Notes under the pieces: generated by a model
What the model was told of the DNA's origin: nothing
What the model saw: the letters and a program-made list of their open reading frames with translations, nothing else
The model's database searches: none
Program-made: the position numbers and the translations under genes
Origin: Hypanus sabinus
Taxonomy: Eukaryota
Reading direction: 5' to 3'
Assembly: GCF_030144855.1 (NCBI RefSeq)
Contig: NC_082717.1
Coordinates: 64,170,001-64,234,000 of the forward strand
DNA: 64,000 nucleotides
Shown here: in pieces, positions 51,094 through 63,565 of the stretch
Numbering within the stretch: position 1 is the stretch's first letter
Layout of the letters: each line of letters starts with the position of its first letter

Positions 51094-51719
51094 GCTCCAG
51101 TAAGGTGGTGGTGCACTTGGTTACAGCGGCCTCTTCAGGTCCAACAAATGGCATAAATGTATCACATTTTTCTTGTGATTGCAAGACCCTGTTGGACACT
51201 GGTAATATAAAATATTGCAAATCCAGTTCATTGGTGAGACTGAAGGTGGTGACATATGCAGACTAGGCCCTCGTGCCATGGTGCTGCCTGTTACAGCCAC
51301 CTAGGCGAAGAGGCGCTGGAGGCAGTGTGGGGGAGATCAGGGAGCAACAGGCGTGCTGGGTCGGGGGCTGGCCTCTCTTGTTGGTGCTGCTCCGCAGTGT
51401 TTGTTCTGTGGAAGACTAGCTGGATTGCCCAGCATGAAACAAGGTGTTCTGCTAGCATCTGCTGAACCAATGTGAGATGAGGAACTGCTGCATGCTGGAT
51501 CTTGTAGGACTGTGACTTCTGGACAACATCCCATTCATTATCAATCTTCGGGCCAACCATTCAAGAACTAAATTATATTTTAGTGTCTGGATGCGCTATC
51601 GTAACTATGTGTGCAGTGTGTGACTGTTTGTACTGTGTATTTCATCTTGGCCCTGGAGGAACGATATTTCGTTTATCTATACATGTGTATGATTGAATAA
51701 CAATTAAACTTGAACTTGA
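51094..51719 (+). mobile_element. Unclassified non-autonomous retroposon with an (ACTTGA)n tail
   Basis: GC-richer body ending ACAATTAAACTTGAACTTGA. No coding similarity recognised. Confidence 0.4.
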
Positions 51720-52101
51720 TATGCACAGCTTACCAAGTCTTCGAAATTAATCAACTCACTCCACAAAAGAAATAAAATGATGAAAAGTATCCTGCAGAAT
51801 CTCAGATGTATTACCAACCTAATGACCCCATTTCTCAGCTTCAGCTAGTTTTGGATATGGCTTTGAGACTTTGCCAAATCATGAAACTTTTTGTTTCATG
51901 ATCTCAAATGATTTAAAATCAGCCTTTTCTCCTATGCTGATGTTTCCTTTCACAGATTTCTCCTATTTTCAACTATTTCATATGTTCAAAGTCAATGTAT
52001 TGATAGCTGGAGATTGAACTCCGATTAGTTCAACACCAAGAAAGCACACAGCCACAACTTCACCTAATTGTTTCATGAGACCAATGTCTGATTAATCATA
52101 C

Positions 52102-52339
52102 CTCTTCCAATAGTTTTCTCAGCCGGCACAACTGTGATTCAAGCTGCTTGTTGTGATCCTCCAAAATCTGCATTCTGGCCTCCAGTCTCCCCTTGTGTTG
52201 TCGGAGGAGCTTGGCTTCAGCCAATAGCTCAGCATCTTGATAGCTCTGTTGAGTCGGTGAGAAAGGTGGTGATGGCATGGGCTTTGCACCTCTCAGAATC
52301 TGCTGTTGCTTTAACCGTTCATACTCAGCTTGTAGATTT
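52102..52339 (-). CDS. UTRN: Utrophin exon, homolog of DMD exon 75 (238 nt, phase 2/0), C-terminal coiled-coil region
   Basis: ttattttattacag|A AAT CTA...GAA GAG|gtatga gives (R)[79 protein letters not shown]. Family assignment is clear; the paralog call rests on the downstream exons and 3'UTR. Confidence 0.95.
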
Positions 52340-52919
52340 CTGTAATAAAATAATAATGAGCTCATTCAGTTCATCTAATCATATCATACAACACAATAAC
52401 AGCCCTTCACTCTAAATCTTCAATATTTACATCAGTTCCATTTTATTCTCTTCGTGTTTCCATCAACCCCTCCTTACTTCCAACCCTTGCACTTAGCTTG
52501 TACACTTGAGGCAATTGACAGCAACCAACATGTCTTTTTCACCATCTAAAAACCTGGATAATTTTACAGTGCCAGATAAACAAATTTTGAACAATTGATC
52601 AAAAAGCGCTTATGTAACAAAAATATTTCCCCTCTCTCCTGTACTTTAGCAAATACCAAGATTCAGACTTGAACAGTTGTTTATCTAGAGACAACCACAT
52701 ACTGTTTTTGACTGTAGTCACACCTTATTGTCTGCCTGAACTGCACTTTCTCTGTAGCTTTTTCCACATTCTGTAATTGTTTTACCTTGTTCTACCATAA
52801 TAAACGGATTTGATCTGGATGAACTGTATGGAAGACAAGTACAAGTACATATGACCATAATAAACCAATTCCAATTTCAGCCCAAATTCAAGTGATGAAA
52901 ATTTATTGCTCTATCTATC

Positions 52920-53562
52920 TGTACTCTCTTGTCCACATGTCCCTCCCTACTGATCTCCCTCCTGGTACACAACTCTGCAAGAGGGAGAATTGTTACACCT
53001 GCCCATTCATCTCCTCCCACACCACTATTCAATGCTCCGAACAGTCCTTCCAGATGAAGCAACATTTCATTTGCGAGTCTGTTGGGGTCATCTAGTGTAT
53101 TCAGTGGGCTCTGTACAGTATCCTCTGCATTGGTGAGACTCGACTCAGATTGGGGAACACTTTGTTAAGCACCTTTGCTCTGTCAGCCATAAGAGTCAGG
53201 ATCTCCCGGTTTGGTTTTGGTTTGATTTTCCATTCTGACATGTCCATCTTTAGCCTCCTCTCTGCTATGAAGAGGCCAAACCCAGATTGGAGGAGTAGCA
53301 CCTCTAGTCTGGGTAGCCTCTAACATGATGGCATGAACATCAATTTCTCAAACTCCTGAATGTATCCCTCCTTCTTCCTTGCCCTGGTTCCACCACCTTA
53401 TTCTGGCTTCTGCCCTCTTCCTTCCTACTCCTGATGAAGGGTCTTCGCCCAAAACACTGACTGTTTATTCTCCTCTGTAGATGTTGCCAAATCTCCTTAG
53501 TTTCCCCAACATTTTGTGGGTGTTGCTCCACATTCCCAGCATCTGCACAATCTCTCATGTCT
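52920..53562 (+). mobile_element. Penelope-like element 3' part (GIY-YIG endonuclease remnant and terminal repeat)
   Basis: CYTCPFISS..QHFICESVGVI*CI..LCIGETR..LEE.HL. Decayed hammerhead core at 53431-53455. Confidence 0.8.
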
Positions 53563-53699
53563 TTAAAAAAAATTTTAAACCTGTTCTATGACTATATCAA
53601 CTGGTAGTTATCCAGATAGCTGCAGGAGTATCTTCGGAAAAAAAAATACACTCAAGTATGAACAGATGTTGTAGCAACTTTTGTGTTGAACTGAAAGTC

Positions 53700-54027
53700 A
53701 CAAAGTCATAGAGTTAAAAGCACAGCAACAGATCCTTTGGCCCACAAAGCCTTTGTCAGCAATTAAACAGCCATCTGCACTGATCCCATTGTTTTCCCAG
53801 TTTTCCCCAGATTCTCTTCAACTCTGCCCAAATACTACTAATCATCAGTATAGGTGCTATTTAGCGGCTATTTGACATGGCATCCTGCATGTCTTGCGAT
53901 GAGGTGGAACATCTGGGAGAAACCTGTTCATGAGGAGAATAGACAAACTTCACCCAGACCATATACGATGTCAGGGCTGCTGAAGTTCTGAGGCAGCATC
54001 TTTACTGGCTGCATCACTGTACTGCCA
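53700..54027 (-). mobile_element. HE1-like SINE, decayed
   Basis: Same layout as 22920-23185. Confidence 0.55.
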
Positions 54028-54123
54028 CAAACAGTGGCACAGTATTGAGGAAACGATATTCCATCTGCCTTTGCTGGATTTGAAATGGGTTAATTTATGT
54101 GCTCATTTAATTTTGGAATGGAT

Positions 54124-54710
54124 ATCAGAATCAGGTTTACTATCACCAGCATGTGACGTGATATTTGTTAACTTCACAGCAGCAGTTCAATGCAATACAT
54201 AATCTAGCAGAGAGAAAAAAAATGAATAAAAAAATAAACAAGTAAATCAATTACATATATTGAAGAGATTACAAAAAGTGTGCAAAAACAGAAATACTGT
54301 ATATTAAAAAAAAGAGTGGGGTAGTGTCCAAAGATTCAATGTCCATTAAGGAATCAGATGGCAGAGGGGAAGAAGCTGCTCCTGAATTGCTGAGTGTGTG
54401 CCTTTAGGCTTCTGTACCTCCTGCCTGATGTTAATAGTGAGAAAAGGACATGCCCTGCAGTGTTGGAGGTCTTTAATTATGGGCACTGTCTTTCTGAGAC
54501 ACCTCTCCTTAAAGATGGCCTGGGTACTTTGTAGCCGAGTACCTAAGATGGAACTGACTAAATTTACAACCTTCTGCAGCCTCTTTCGGTCCTGTGCAGT
54601 AGCCCCTCCATACCAGATAGTGATGCAGCCTGTCAGAATGCTCTCCGCGGTACAACTGTAGAAGTTTTTGAATGTATTTGTTGACATGCCAGGCCTCCTC
54701 AAACTCCTGA
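54124..54710 (-). mobile_element. Rex1/Babar LINE 3' end
   Basis: KNFYSCTAESILTGCITIWYG..RKRLQKVV and a (TGATTC)n tail. Confidence 0.9.
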
Positions 54711-55167
54711 TAATATAGGTACCTGATGCCTGAAAATCAGAGTGATAAGCACAAGAACGTATCAGATGATAATCTGATCAAATCATCTGCCTTCCAGTTT
54801 TGTGAATCCCAAAGGCAATCCAAATCCAGATTGTGTCTGCTCAACTGTTCCACATACAACCCAAGGTAGTTACTGGTGAGTTGCAAGCCCAAGTAACTCA
54901 GTGGGCTCCTACCCAACTGCAAAACCAGTATGGAATCAACAATGGAATGGGAGCTCAGTGCAATTCCCCAAAAATAAGCGTGGGAAAAGCTGTTTGTAGA
55001 TATCTGACAAGTTAAACCTGTCCAAAAAAAATCCTTCAAGATGGTCTTTTCAATGATGACTTTATGTCTATAAGACCACATTTATTTTTACAATGAATGA
55101 TTCTGATGATTTAAGTCCCATTAAAAAGAATTCACAGTACTGCAAAAAAAATAATTTATAATATGTG

Positions 55168-56568
55168 GGCTGCTTTAATGACTATCGCCCAGTAGCACTC
55201 AGATCTACAATGATGAAACGCTTTGAGAGGTCGGTCATGTCCAGACTGAACTCTTGCCTCAGGAAGGACCTGGACACACTGCGATTTGCCTATCGCCACA
55301 ATAGGTAAATGGCAGACACGATCTCAATGGCTCTCCACATGGCTTTAGACCATCTGGACAACACAAACACCTATGTCAGGAAGCTGTTTATCGACCATAG
55401 CTCAGCATTTAATACCATCATTCCCACAATCCTGATAGAGAAGTTGCAGAACCTGGGCCTCTGCACCTCCCTCTGCAATTGGATTCTTGACTTCCTAACC
55501 AGAAGACCACAATCTGTGCGGATTGGTGATAACATCTCCTCCTTGCTGATGATCAACACTGGCGCACCTCAGGGGTGTATGCTTAGCCCACTGCTCTATT
55601 CTCTATATATACATGACTGTGTGGCTAGGCATAGCTCAAATACCATCTATAAATCTGTTGATGATACAACCATTGCTGGTAGAATCTCAGGTGATAACAG
55701 GAGTGAGATATGCCAACTAATGGAATGGTGCCGCAGCAATAACCTGGCACTCAACATCAGTAAGTCGAAGGAGTTGATTGTGGACTTCAGGAAGGGTAAG
55801 ATGAAGGAACACATAACAATCCTCAAGAGGGATCAGAAGTGGAGATAGTGAGCAGTTTCAGGTTCCTGGATGTCAAGATCTCTGAGGATCTAACCTGGTC
55901 CCAACATATTGCCTTCTTATAAAGAAGGCAATACAGCGGCTACACTTCATTAGGAGTTTGAAGAGATTTAGCACGTCAACAAATACACTCAAAAACTTCT
56001 ATAGTTGCAACGTGGAGACGATTCTGACAGGCTGCATCACTGTCTGGTATGGGGGGGGGGCTACTGCATGGGACTGAAAGAAGCTGCAGAGGGTTGTAAA
56101 TCTAGTCAGCTCCATCTTGGGTACTAGCCTACAAAATATCCAGAACATCTTCAGGGAGCGGTGTCTCAGAAAGACAGCGTCCATTATAAAGGAACTCCAG
56201 CACCCAGGACATGCCCTTTTCTCACTGTTACCATTAGGTAGGAGGTACAGAAGCCTGAAGGCACACTCAGCGATTCAGGAATTCTCTCCTACAGCATTTT
56301 CACCTACAGAACTTCCCCTCTGCCATCCAATTCCTAAATGGACACTAAACCCTTGGACACTACCTCACTTTTTTAATATACAGTAATTCTGTGTTTTTGC
56401 ACATTTTTAATCTATTCAATATACATATACTGTAATTAATTTACTTATTTATTATTACTACTTTCATTTCATTTGTTTTCTCTTCTATATTATGTATTCC
56501 ATTTAATTGCTGCTGCTAAATTAACAAATTTTACATCACATGCCGGTGATGATAAACCAGATTCTGAT
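55168..56568 (+). mobile_element. Rex1/Babar LINE, RT through 3' tail
   Basis: [51 protein letters not shown] and a GATTCTGAT tail. Confidence 0.93.
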
Positions 56569-57409
56569 AATTATGTCCTTGCTAAGAATTTCTAAATGTT
56601 TCTAAAATGCAGGGACAATTAGCAGCAACTAAAATTTGACACATCTGACCAGGGGTAAAAATAGGATATTGTTTGTCTTCAAGGATTTTCAGAGGCGTTC
56701 ATTAGGAGGGGTTCTTTTTGGATCATCCACCATCCACAGTTATGCTGTGCAAAGCCTGGCCCCAGGTTAAGCCTTGCCTCTCAGTTGCAGAACGGTCTTT
56801 CCAAATGATAGAGCAGAGGTGAAAGACTAAATGACCAACTCCTGCTTCTAGTTTTTAAATTGCCTGTTTAGAGGACAAGAGAGCTCTGTAATTCTTTTCA
56901 AATATTTTGTTTTTGTCTTGGCTGGCAAGATCAACTTTCCAGAGGTGAACAAAATAAATGGGGAGTTTTAAAGCAGTTCATGGCTCTACTCAATGAGATC
57001 CAGACCACTATTTTTTTTTACAAGGCTGCTAACCATTCTAATAAAACTTCAGAAAAGCAAATAAAATGGTTTTAATGAGATTTGGATGTAATGAATACCT
57101 GTCACTTTTGAAGTATAGGTTTTGCAAGCCTGGAGACTTAGGAATAATATTAGACTGCTTAAAGAGTCCCTAGGATATGATTGAAATAGTAATGGTTATT
57201 AGTTGGTTTCAACAAACAGCTTTAATCATCTGAGCAAATATTATTGTGGTGCTCTATGTCAGTCTCTTGACAAGTTTCCCAGTCATTTCATATACAAACA
57301 CACCAACTTGGGTCCAAGGGTTGAAAACCAATATTATAATATTTTCTCAAAGAACCAGTTCATCTTGGGGGGGAAAAAACAGCTATCAAAATCACCGCAA
57401 GTTGAAAAT

Positions 57410-57953
57410 ACACATTCAATGGACACTTTATTAGGTACAGGAGTGTACCTAATAAAATGGCCACGGAAGTGGAACCCTTCACTGCAGCTGCTGCTGTAGC
57501 CCACCTACTTCAAGGTTTGACACGTTGTGCGTTCAGATGACCTTCTGCATACTACTGTTGTAATGAGTGGTTATTTGATTACGGTCGCCTTCCTGTCAGC
57601 TTGAACCAGTCTGGCCATTCTCCTCTGACCTCTCTCCTACAGCATTTTCACCTACAGAACTGTTGTTCACTGGATTTAAAATTTTTTTTTAACCATTCTT
57701 GATTCTGATTCTGTAAACTTTAGAAACTGTAGTATGTGAAAACCCCAGGCAATAAGCTGAGATAATCAAGCCACCCCATTTGGCACCAACAATCACTCCA
57801 TGGTCAAAGTCACTTTTCTTCCCCATCTGATGGTTGGTTTGAACAACAACTGAATCTGTTGACATGCTTTTGTGAATTAAGTTGCTACCACATGACTGGC
57901 TGATTATATATTTGCATTAATGAGGTGTACTTAATAAAGTGGCCACATGGTGC
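57410..57953. mobile_element. Tc1/mariner-derived non-autonomous element
   Basis: Terminal motifs ACTTTATTAGGTACA / TGTACTTAATAAAGTGGCCAC, plus an internal TIR-TIR palindrome at about 57413-57471. Confidence 0.7.
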
Positions 57954-60900
57954 ACATTATTTTGTAGTTTCCTTCAAAACAAATGCACCCTAAAGAGTGT
58001 CCAACACAAATGGAAAACATACCAGGGACTTCTCAGGGTGCATTTGTTTTAAAGGAAGCTGGCAGTTAAAATTCTAACAGCTAGTTTTTCAAGATTCTTT
58101 GGGAGTTCTCTGTCCAAGAGATTATGGTGGATCTGTCAGTGTTTATACTTACGGCAAGAGAACAACAGGTTTTAAATATTAAGCAATTCAAGAGAAATGA
58201 GGGTCATACAGGAAAAATAGGGTTAGGTAGACGATCACCTATGATCTTAGCAAATGACACAGCAGATGCGGAAGGTGGTCAGCTACTTACTCTATTTCTT
58301 ATGTTGTCCATTTACAGAACCAGGCACGTCTAATCTCTACTGTCACTATAGTTTGTCACTATTGACTCCAAGGTATCTGAGCCTTTATATGTATTAGCAC
58401 AACAGTTTGGGATGCATTGCCCTGAAGGGAATGATGTACCTTATTTTTCTTTCCATTTTATTTCTGCATGAACCTCATATCTCCCAATTCACTCAATACC
58501 TAAAATTCATTGTTATCTGCCTTGAATATGGATGGTGACTGAGTCTCCAAAACATTGTGGATAGATAATTCCAGAGAACCTAACAAACACCTTGAGATAT
58601 TTCAGGTATGCAGTTAACTGTGACATTACAAAAGTGACAATTCTATAATAACCATGTCAAATACAAATCTAATACTAGTTAGCAAATTCAGGAATTCTGT
58701 TTGGCAAATAATAGTTTGGGATGTTTGGAAAATATGTCTCAGTAGCATCATTGCTGATGCTCAGCAAGAATGAAGATTTTACTAAACATGCTTTACATAA
58801 TGATGGATTAAGTCTGTACATTCATTTTGAATTAAGTTTTGTCATTTTGATTGTATTGCATAAAACATTAATTGGATACTGAGGTATTCAACAAAGATTA
58901 ATAGAGTAATATTTGAACAGGAGATTGAAAACAAGACTGCCCAACAATGAAAAATAATGTAATTTATTTAAAAGCTGTTTTGACAAGAGCTCTTTTTTCT
59001 TCCACTATTATTAGTGGATGTCAAATCCACTAACTTGAGAGTGTGGAAGATTAAACAGGCACGAATGAAAGGGTAGGGGAGGACGTTTACGATGTGTCTA
59101 GCTCTGGGAAACTGGAATTCTATCAGTTCTTTGCATTACACTGGACAAGCCAACTCCTGGTCTAAATTGGTGCAAATTACTTCAAGAACCATTGGTGATT
59201 ACTGAGCAAGTATAAATTTCAGCTGACAATGTACTCTAAAGGTTAAATGTTCACTGGAATGCTAAAACTTCCGGATTGCTCAACCTGTACATTATATAGA
59301 ACAATGAGAATGGTCACTTGGACTTTACACTAATGAGAAAGATTTCAGTGTTCATTGCCTCTGCTCTGTGTTTAGACTCAAGCTGACATTCAAAAGAGCC
59401 CTTCATTGTTTACAGTATATGGATATGACAATGAAGCCAAAAAAAATTTTCATTTCCTAGTCACTATCTTTGAAAATACCACTTGATGTTTTTAATCAGG
59501 ATTCAAACTCTTTCATTTTCAACTGATCTGACCAACTCCACATTGCTTGAATATATATTCATTCCTAAAAGATATTTTCAGATCAGCCAAAAAGATACTG
59601 TGTTCAACTCTAAGCTTTCCCTGTATCAGATGCCAGCATTTCGATAAGCAGCCACTGGACTCCAGTTTCAGACTCCTTATGACACTGATAGCAAAGTCAA
59701 GCTAATCACTGGCTACATCATTTGCAATCAGATCAGTCCAGCAACAGATTCCATGTTCACAAATACCTTCCTCTGGCCAAATGCTTTGGTAGAATTATTC
59801 ATAGCCGTCACAACTGCCTCAGAGAAAAGGTTAATGTGTCTATAGCCCGAAATGTTCATAGAAACAATGACAATAAACTACACATTGAAGTTGCTACTAC
59901 CAATATGCCCTTGAGAAAGGATCTATGACATCTGTTTATGAATGGAGTCATGTTCTTAATAGGAGGGAAGAAGTGATAGAAAGAATGGGTAAAAAGGCAT
60001 ACAGGCTATGAATAAATTATGATATTAGCTGGGGAAAAAGAAATATGGAAAAAAATTAGATTAAAACCCACAGGTAAAATATATTATGAATGTGACTTAT
60101 TTAACTGAAGTGGAAGTACTTTGCTGAAGAAAACAGCAGCAGCACGTATGATCTAGATACAATAGTGAAAACAACATCTGCTGTAAAGATATAAATCCCA
60201 CTAAAAGTGAAATTATCATCTTTTTCTGAAAGTTGATGTAAAAGACAACACGCTAGATACAATTAAAATGATGCTGAGTATGACCAGCAGAAGACAAAAC
60301 ATCTGTTAACATATCTTGTTTTACTTCAAAAACATTATATGGATACTTTTATTTGCCCATTGTAGCACAATATTCAGCATTATTCATTTAAGTTTATTGC
60401 CCATTTTAGTTAATTATTGCACAAATTAAAATATACCGCTTCAATTTTCAAATAATGCTCCAATTAATCTGCCTCATACTTAAATCAGTAATTATGACAC
60501 AACTACAGAATTTACACACTTTGAGAACTATCTTGCAAACTCTTTGGAGCTTATTATGTCTGTTATTTGAAGATAATCTAACCGAACAACATCCTGTAAA
60601 TGACTCAGAGGTGGAAGATGTGGTTCTAATTAAACAGCTTGATGTGTTCTGTTTGGTGCATAGCACTGAATTTTATGCAGCTACACTCATTTAGCTGAGC
60701 GGTGAGTATTCATTCTTGGTCACTTTCTGATGGATGGGAGGTGGGGAGACTGAGGAGTCGTGAGGCAGTCACTTGTTTTGGACCTAGTCTTTTGCAGCCA
60801 CAATATGCGTGTGGCTGGTCCAGCCAAGTTCTTGATCATTAGTAAGCTCAGTATATGAATGGTGGCTGGGTGGGGGATTTTGGCAAAGCTGTTGCGTATC

Positions 60901-61649
60901 ATAGGAACCTTAACAGAAGATTGCATTGTGCAAATAATAACTGACCCAAATCTTGGTATTGAACACGTGTTTTTGCACGTGAGCAGAGACTACTTCATCA
61001 TCAGAAGAACTGCAAAGAGAACAGAACATTGTGTGCCCACACTAGCAAAGACTCACACATCTAACTTGATGATGTGGTCACTGCAAGCTTACTGATAAAG
61101 CAACTGGAGAAAGCTGTGCTGAGGGCACAGGCCTAAAATACCTCGGCAGTGATTTCCTGGATCCAAGCCTCAAATAACCAGACGTCTACTTTGCAATAAG
61201 TGCAACTTCAGCTATGGGTAGTTATCCCTTCAAAAAGCAAAACAATGGAAATATGAAATAAAACACATGTGCTGGATTTACTCAGTAGGTCAGACAATGG
61301 TTAATGTTTCAGGCTGATGCCTGTTCGTCTATGTTAATATCACATGTTTCTCACTCCTCAGTTATCCCTTCAATTCCAACTGATTTAAATTTTAAGGGCT
61401 TCTTGATGCCGAACTTAGGAAAGTACTGCTGTTATGCCACCTTGCCTCCACAATTCAGCTCTTTTGTCCATATGTGAGTCAAAGTCTTATATTAAGTGGT
61501 TAAATTTAACATGAACATCAATGAGATGGTGACAGGTGACGATGTAATTAATTGAGAGAACTGTCAAAGATCCCCTCTAGAATTGTAAGTTAAAGAATTA
61601 CAGACTTCACTATGTTCTGAAGGACTCAGCAGAATTAACTCTCAAGCAA

Positions 61650-62530
61650 GCAGGTTTGGCCCCTTTACGCGGATGAAGGTTCACTGCCATGGGACTCCAA
61701 GCTTAGCTGAAACACAGATGGATGAGGCCTGCTCTACCCAAAGTTAGTAAATGAGCTGTCGCTGGAGAACAAAATTGGGGACCCGAGAGCAGGATTGCTG
61801 TGTCAGAGGGAAATGAGGAATTGTTGTGTTCTGTGTTTTACTGAGATATGGCTTGCTCAGAGTACAGCAGATACAGCAATCGGACCCGAAGGCTTCTCGA
61901 TACACAGGATGGACTGAACTTATGACTCGGAAAAGGCCAAAGGTGGGGGTGTGTGTTTCATGATGAACTCCCTATGGTGCTCTGACATGGTGGTTTTGTC
62001 ATACTTGTGTTCCCCTGACCTTGAACACCTAATGATCAAAAGTCGACCATTCCATTTACCATGAGAGTTTTCCTCCGTAATCCTGAATACAGTTTAAATA
62101 CCACCAGCAGCCAAGTATAATCACCTGAGACATTGCGTATTGCTGTCACCAAAAAAGAAACAGTCCATCCCAACATATTTCAAACCATAGTTGGGGATTT
62201 CAATCAGGCGTGTTTGCAGAAATCCCTGCCCAATTACCATCAACATATAAACTGTAGCACCAGAGATCCCAACACACTAGAAAACTGAGGCCAAAGTGAG
62301 AGCTTCTTTCAGGAGGGTGAACCCACAGAAAGCATTCAGCCCAGATGAGGAACCTGGCTGAGTACTAATGACCTGTGCTGATCAACTGGCTGGAGTATTC
62401 ACTGGTATCTTTAACCTTTTGCTTTGGCAGCCTGATGTATCCAACTGCTTCAAGCACACTTCAGTTATACCAGCGCCTCAAAGACTATCATCCAGTTGTA
62501 CCTGCATCTATGGTGACAAAATGTTCTAAG
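61650..62530 (+). mobile_element. Rex1/Babar-type LINE endonuclease region, decayed
   Basis: CCVLCFTEIWL, GGGVCFMMN..WC, VGDFNQA, DYHPV..VTKC. Confidence 0.75.
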
Positions 62531-63565
62531 AAAAAATCGCTGGAGAGGAACATGTGGGGGACAATGAAATGGTGGACAAACTGAATAAGTATTTTACATC
62601 AATCTTCACTGTGGAAGACACCAGTAGTATGGTGGAAGTTCCAGGTGTCAGAGGGCATGAAGTGTGTGAAGTTACCATAACTAGAGAGGAGGTTCTTGGG
62701 AAACTGAAAGGTCTGAAGGTAGATAAGTAACCTGGACCACATTGTGTACACCAAAGGGTAGTTTCTCGAATGATTCCAGAAGACTGGAAAATTGCAAACG
62801 TCAATCCACTCTTCAAGAAGGGAGAGAGGCAGAAGAAAAAACTATAGATCAGTTCGTCTGACCTCAGTGGTTGGGAAGTGGGTCATTAAGGATAAGGTCT
62901 CAGGTTACTTAGAGGTATATGATAAAATAGGCTGTAGTCAGTGTGGTTTCCTCAAGGAAAAATTTTGCCTGACAAATCTGTTGGAATTCTTTGAAGAAAT
63001 AATGAGCAGGATAGACTAAGGAGAATTGGTTGATGTGCACTTGGAAAGTCAGAAGGCCTTTGAATAGATCTAGAATGGATAAAGCAGTGGCTGATTGGCA
63101 AGAGGCAAAGAGTGGAAATAAAAGGAGCCTTCTCTGGCTGGTTACTGCTGACTAGGGTGTTCCATAGGGGTCTGTGTTGGGACTGATTCTTTTTATGTTA
63201 TATGTCAATGATTTAGATAATGGAATTGATGGCTTTGTTGCAAAGTTTGTCGATGATATGAACATAAGTGGTGGGGCAGGTATTGAGAAAGTAGAGAGGC
63301 TATAGAAAGACTTGAGATGGATTACAAGAATGGGCAAAGAAAGGCAGAGGGAATTCAGTGTTGGGAAGTGTATGGTCTCATCCACTTTGGTAGAAGAAAT
63401 AAAAGGGTCAACTAGTTTCTAAATTGAGAGAAATTACAAAAAACTGAAATGAAAAGGGAATGGGAGCCCTTGTGCAAGATTCCCTAAAGGTTATTTTACA
63501 GGTCGAGTCTCTGGTGAGGAAGGCAAATGCAATGTTAGCATTTATTTCAAGCGAACTAGAACATA
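62530..63565 (+). mobile_element. CR1 fragment, decayed
   Basis: LNKYFTSIFT, YRSVRLTSVVGK, CLTNLLEFFEE, KFVDD. Confidence 0.85.

Noticed and set aside
52102-52339. Calling the gene DMD or DRP2
   Set aside because: The linker lacks dystrophin's HEHKGLSPLPSPP, and the HKGRLEARM core differs from DRP2's HKSRLETRM. The downstream exon and 3'UTR are utrophin-type.
52134-52415. Plus-strand 93-aa ORF and the many other 60-130 aa ORFs
   Set aside because: These are antisense shadows of exons or retroelement frames, or chance ORFs without recognisable domains.
58600-60700. Repeat-poor intronic stretch as a conserved enhancer
   Set aside because: Cannot be supported without cross-species alignment.
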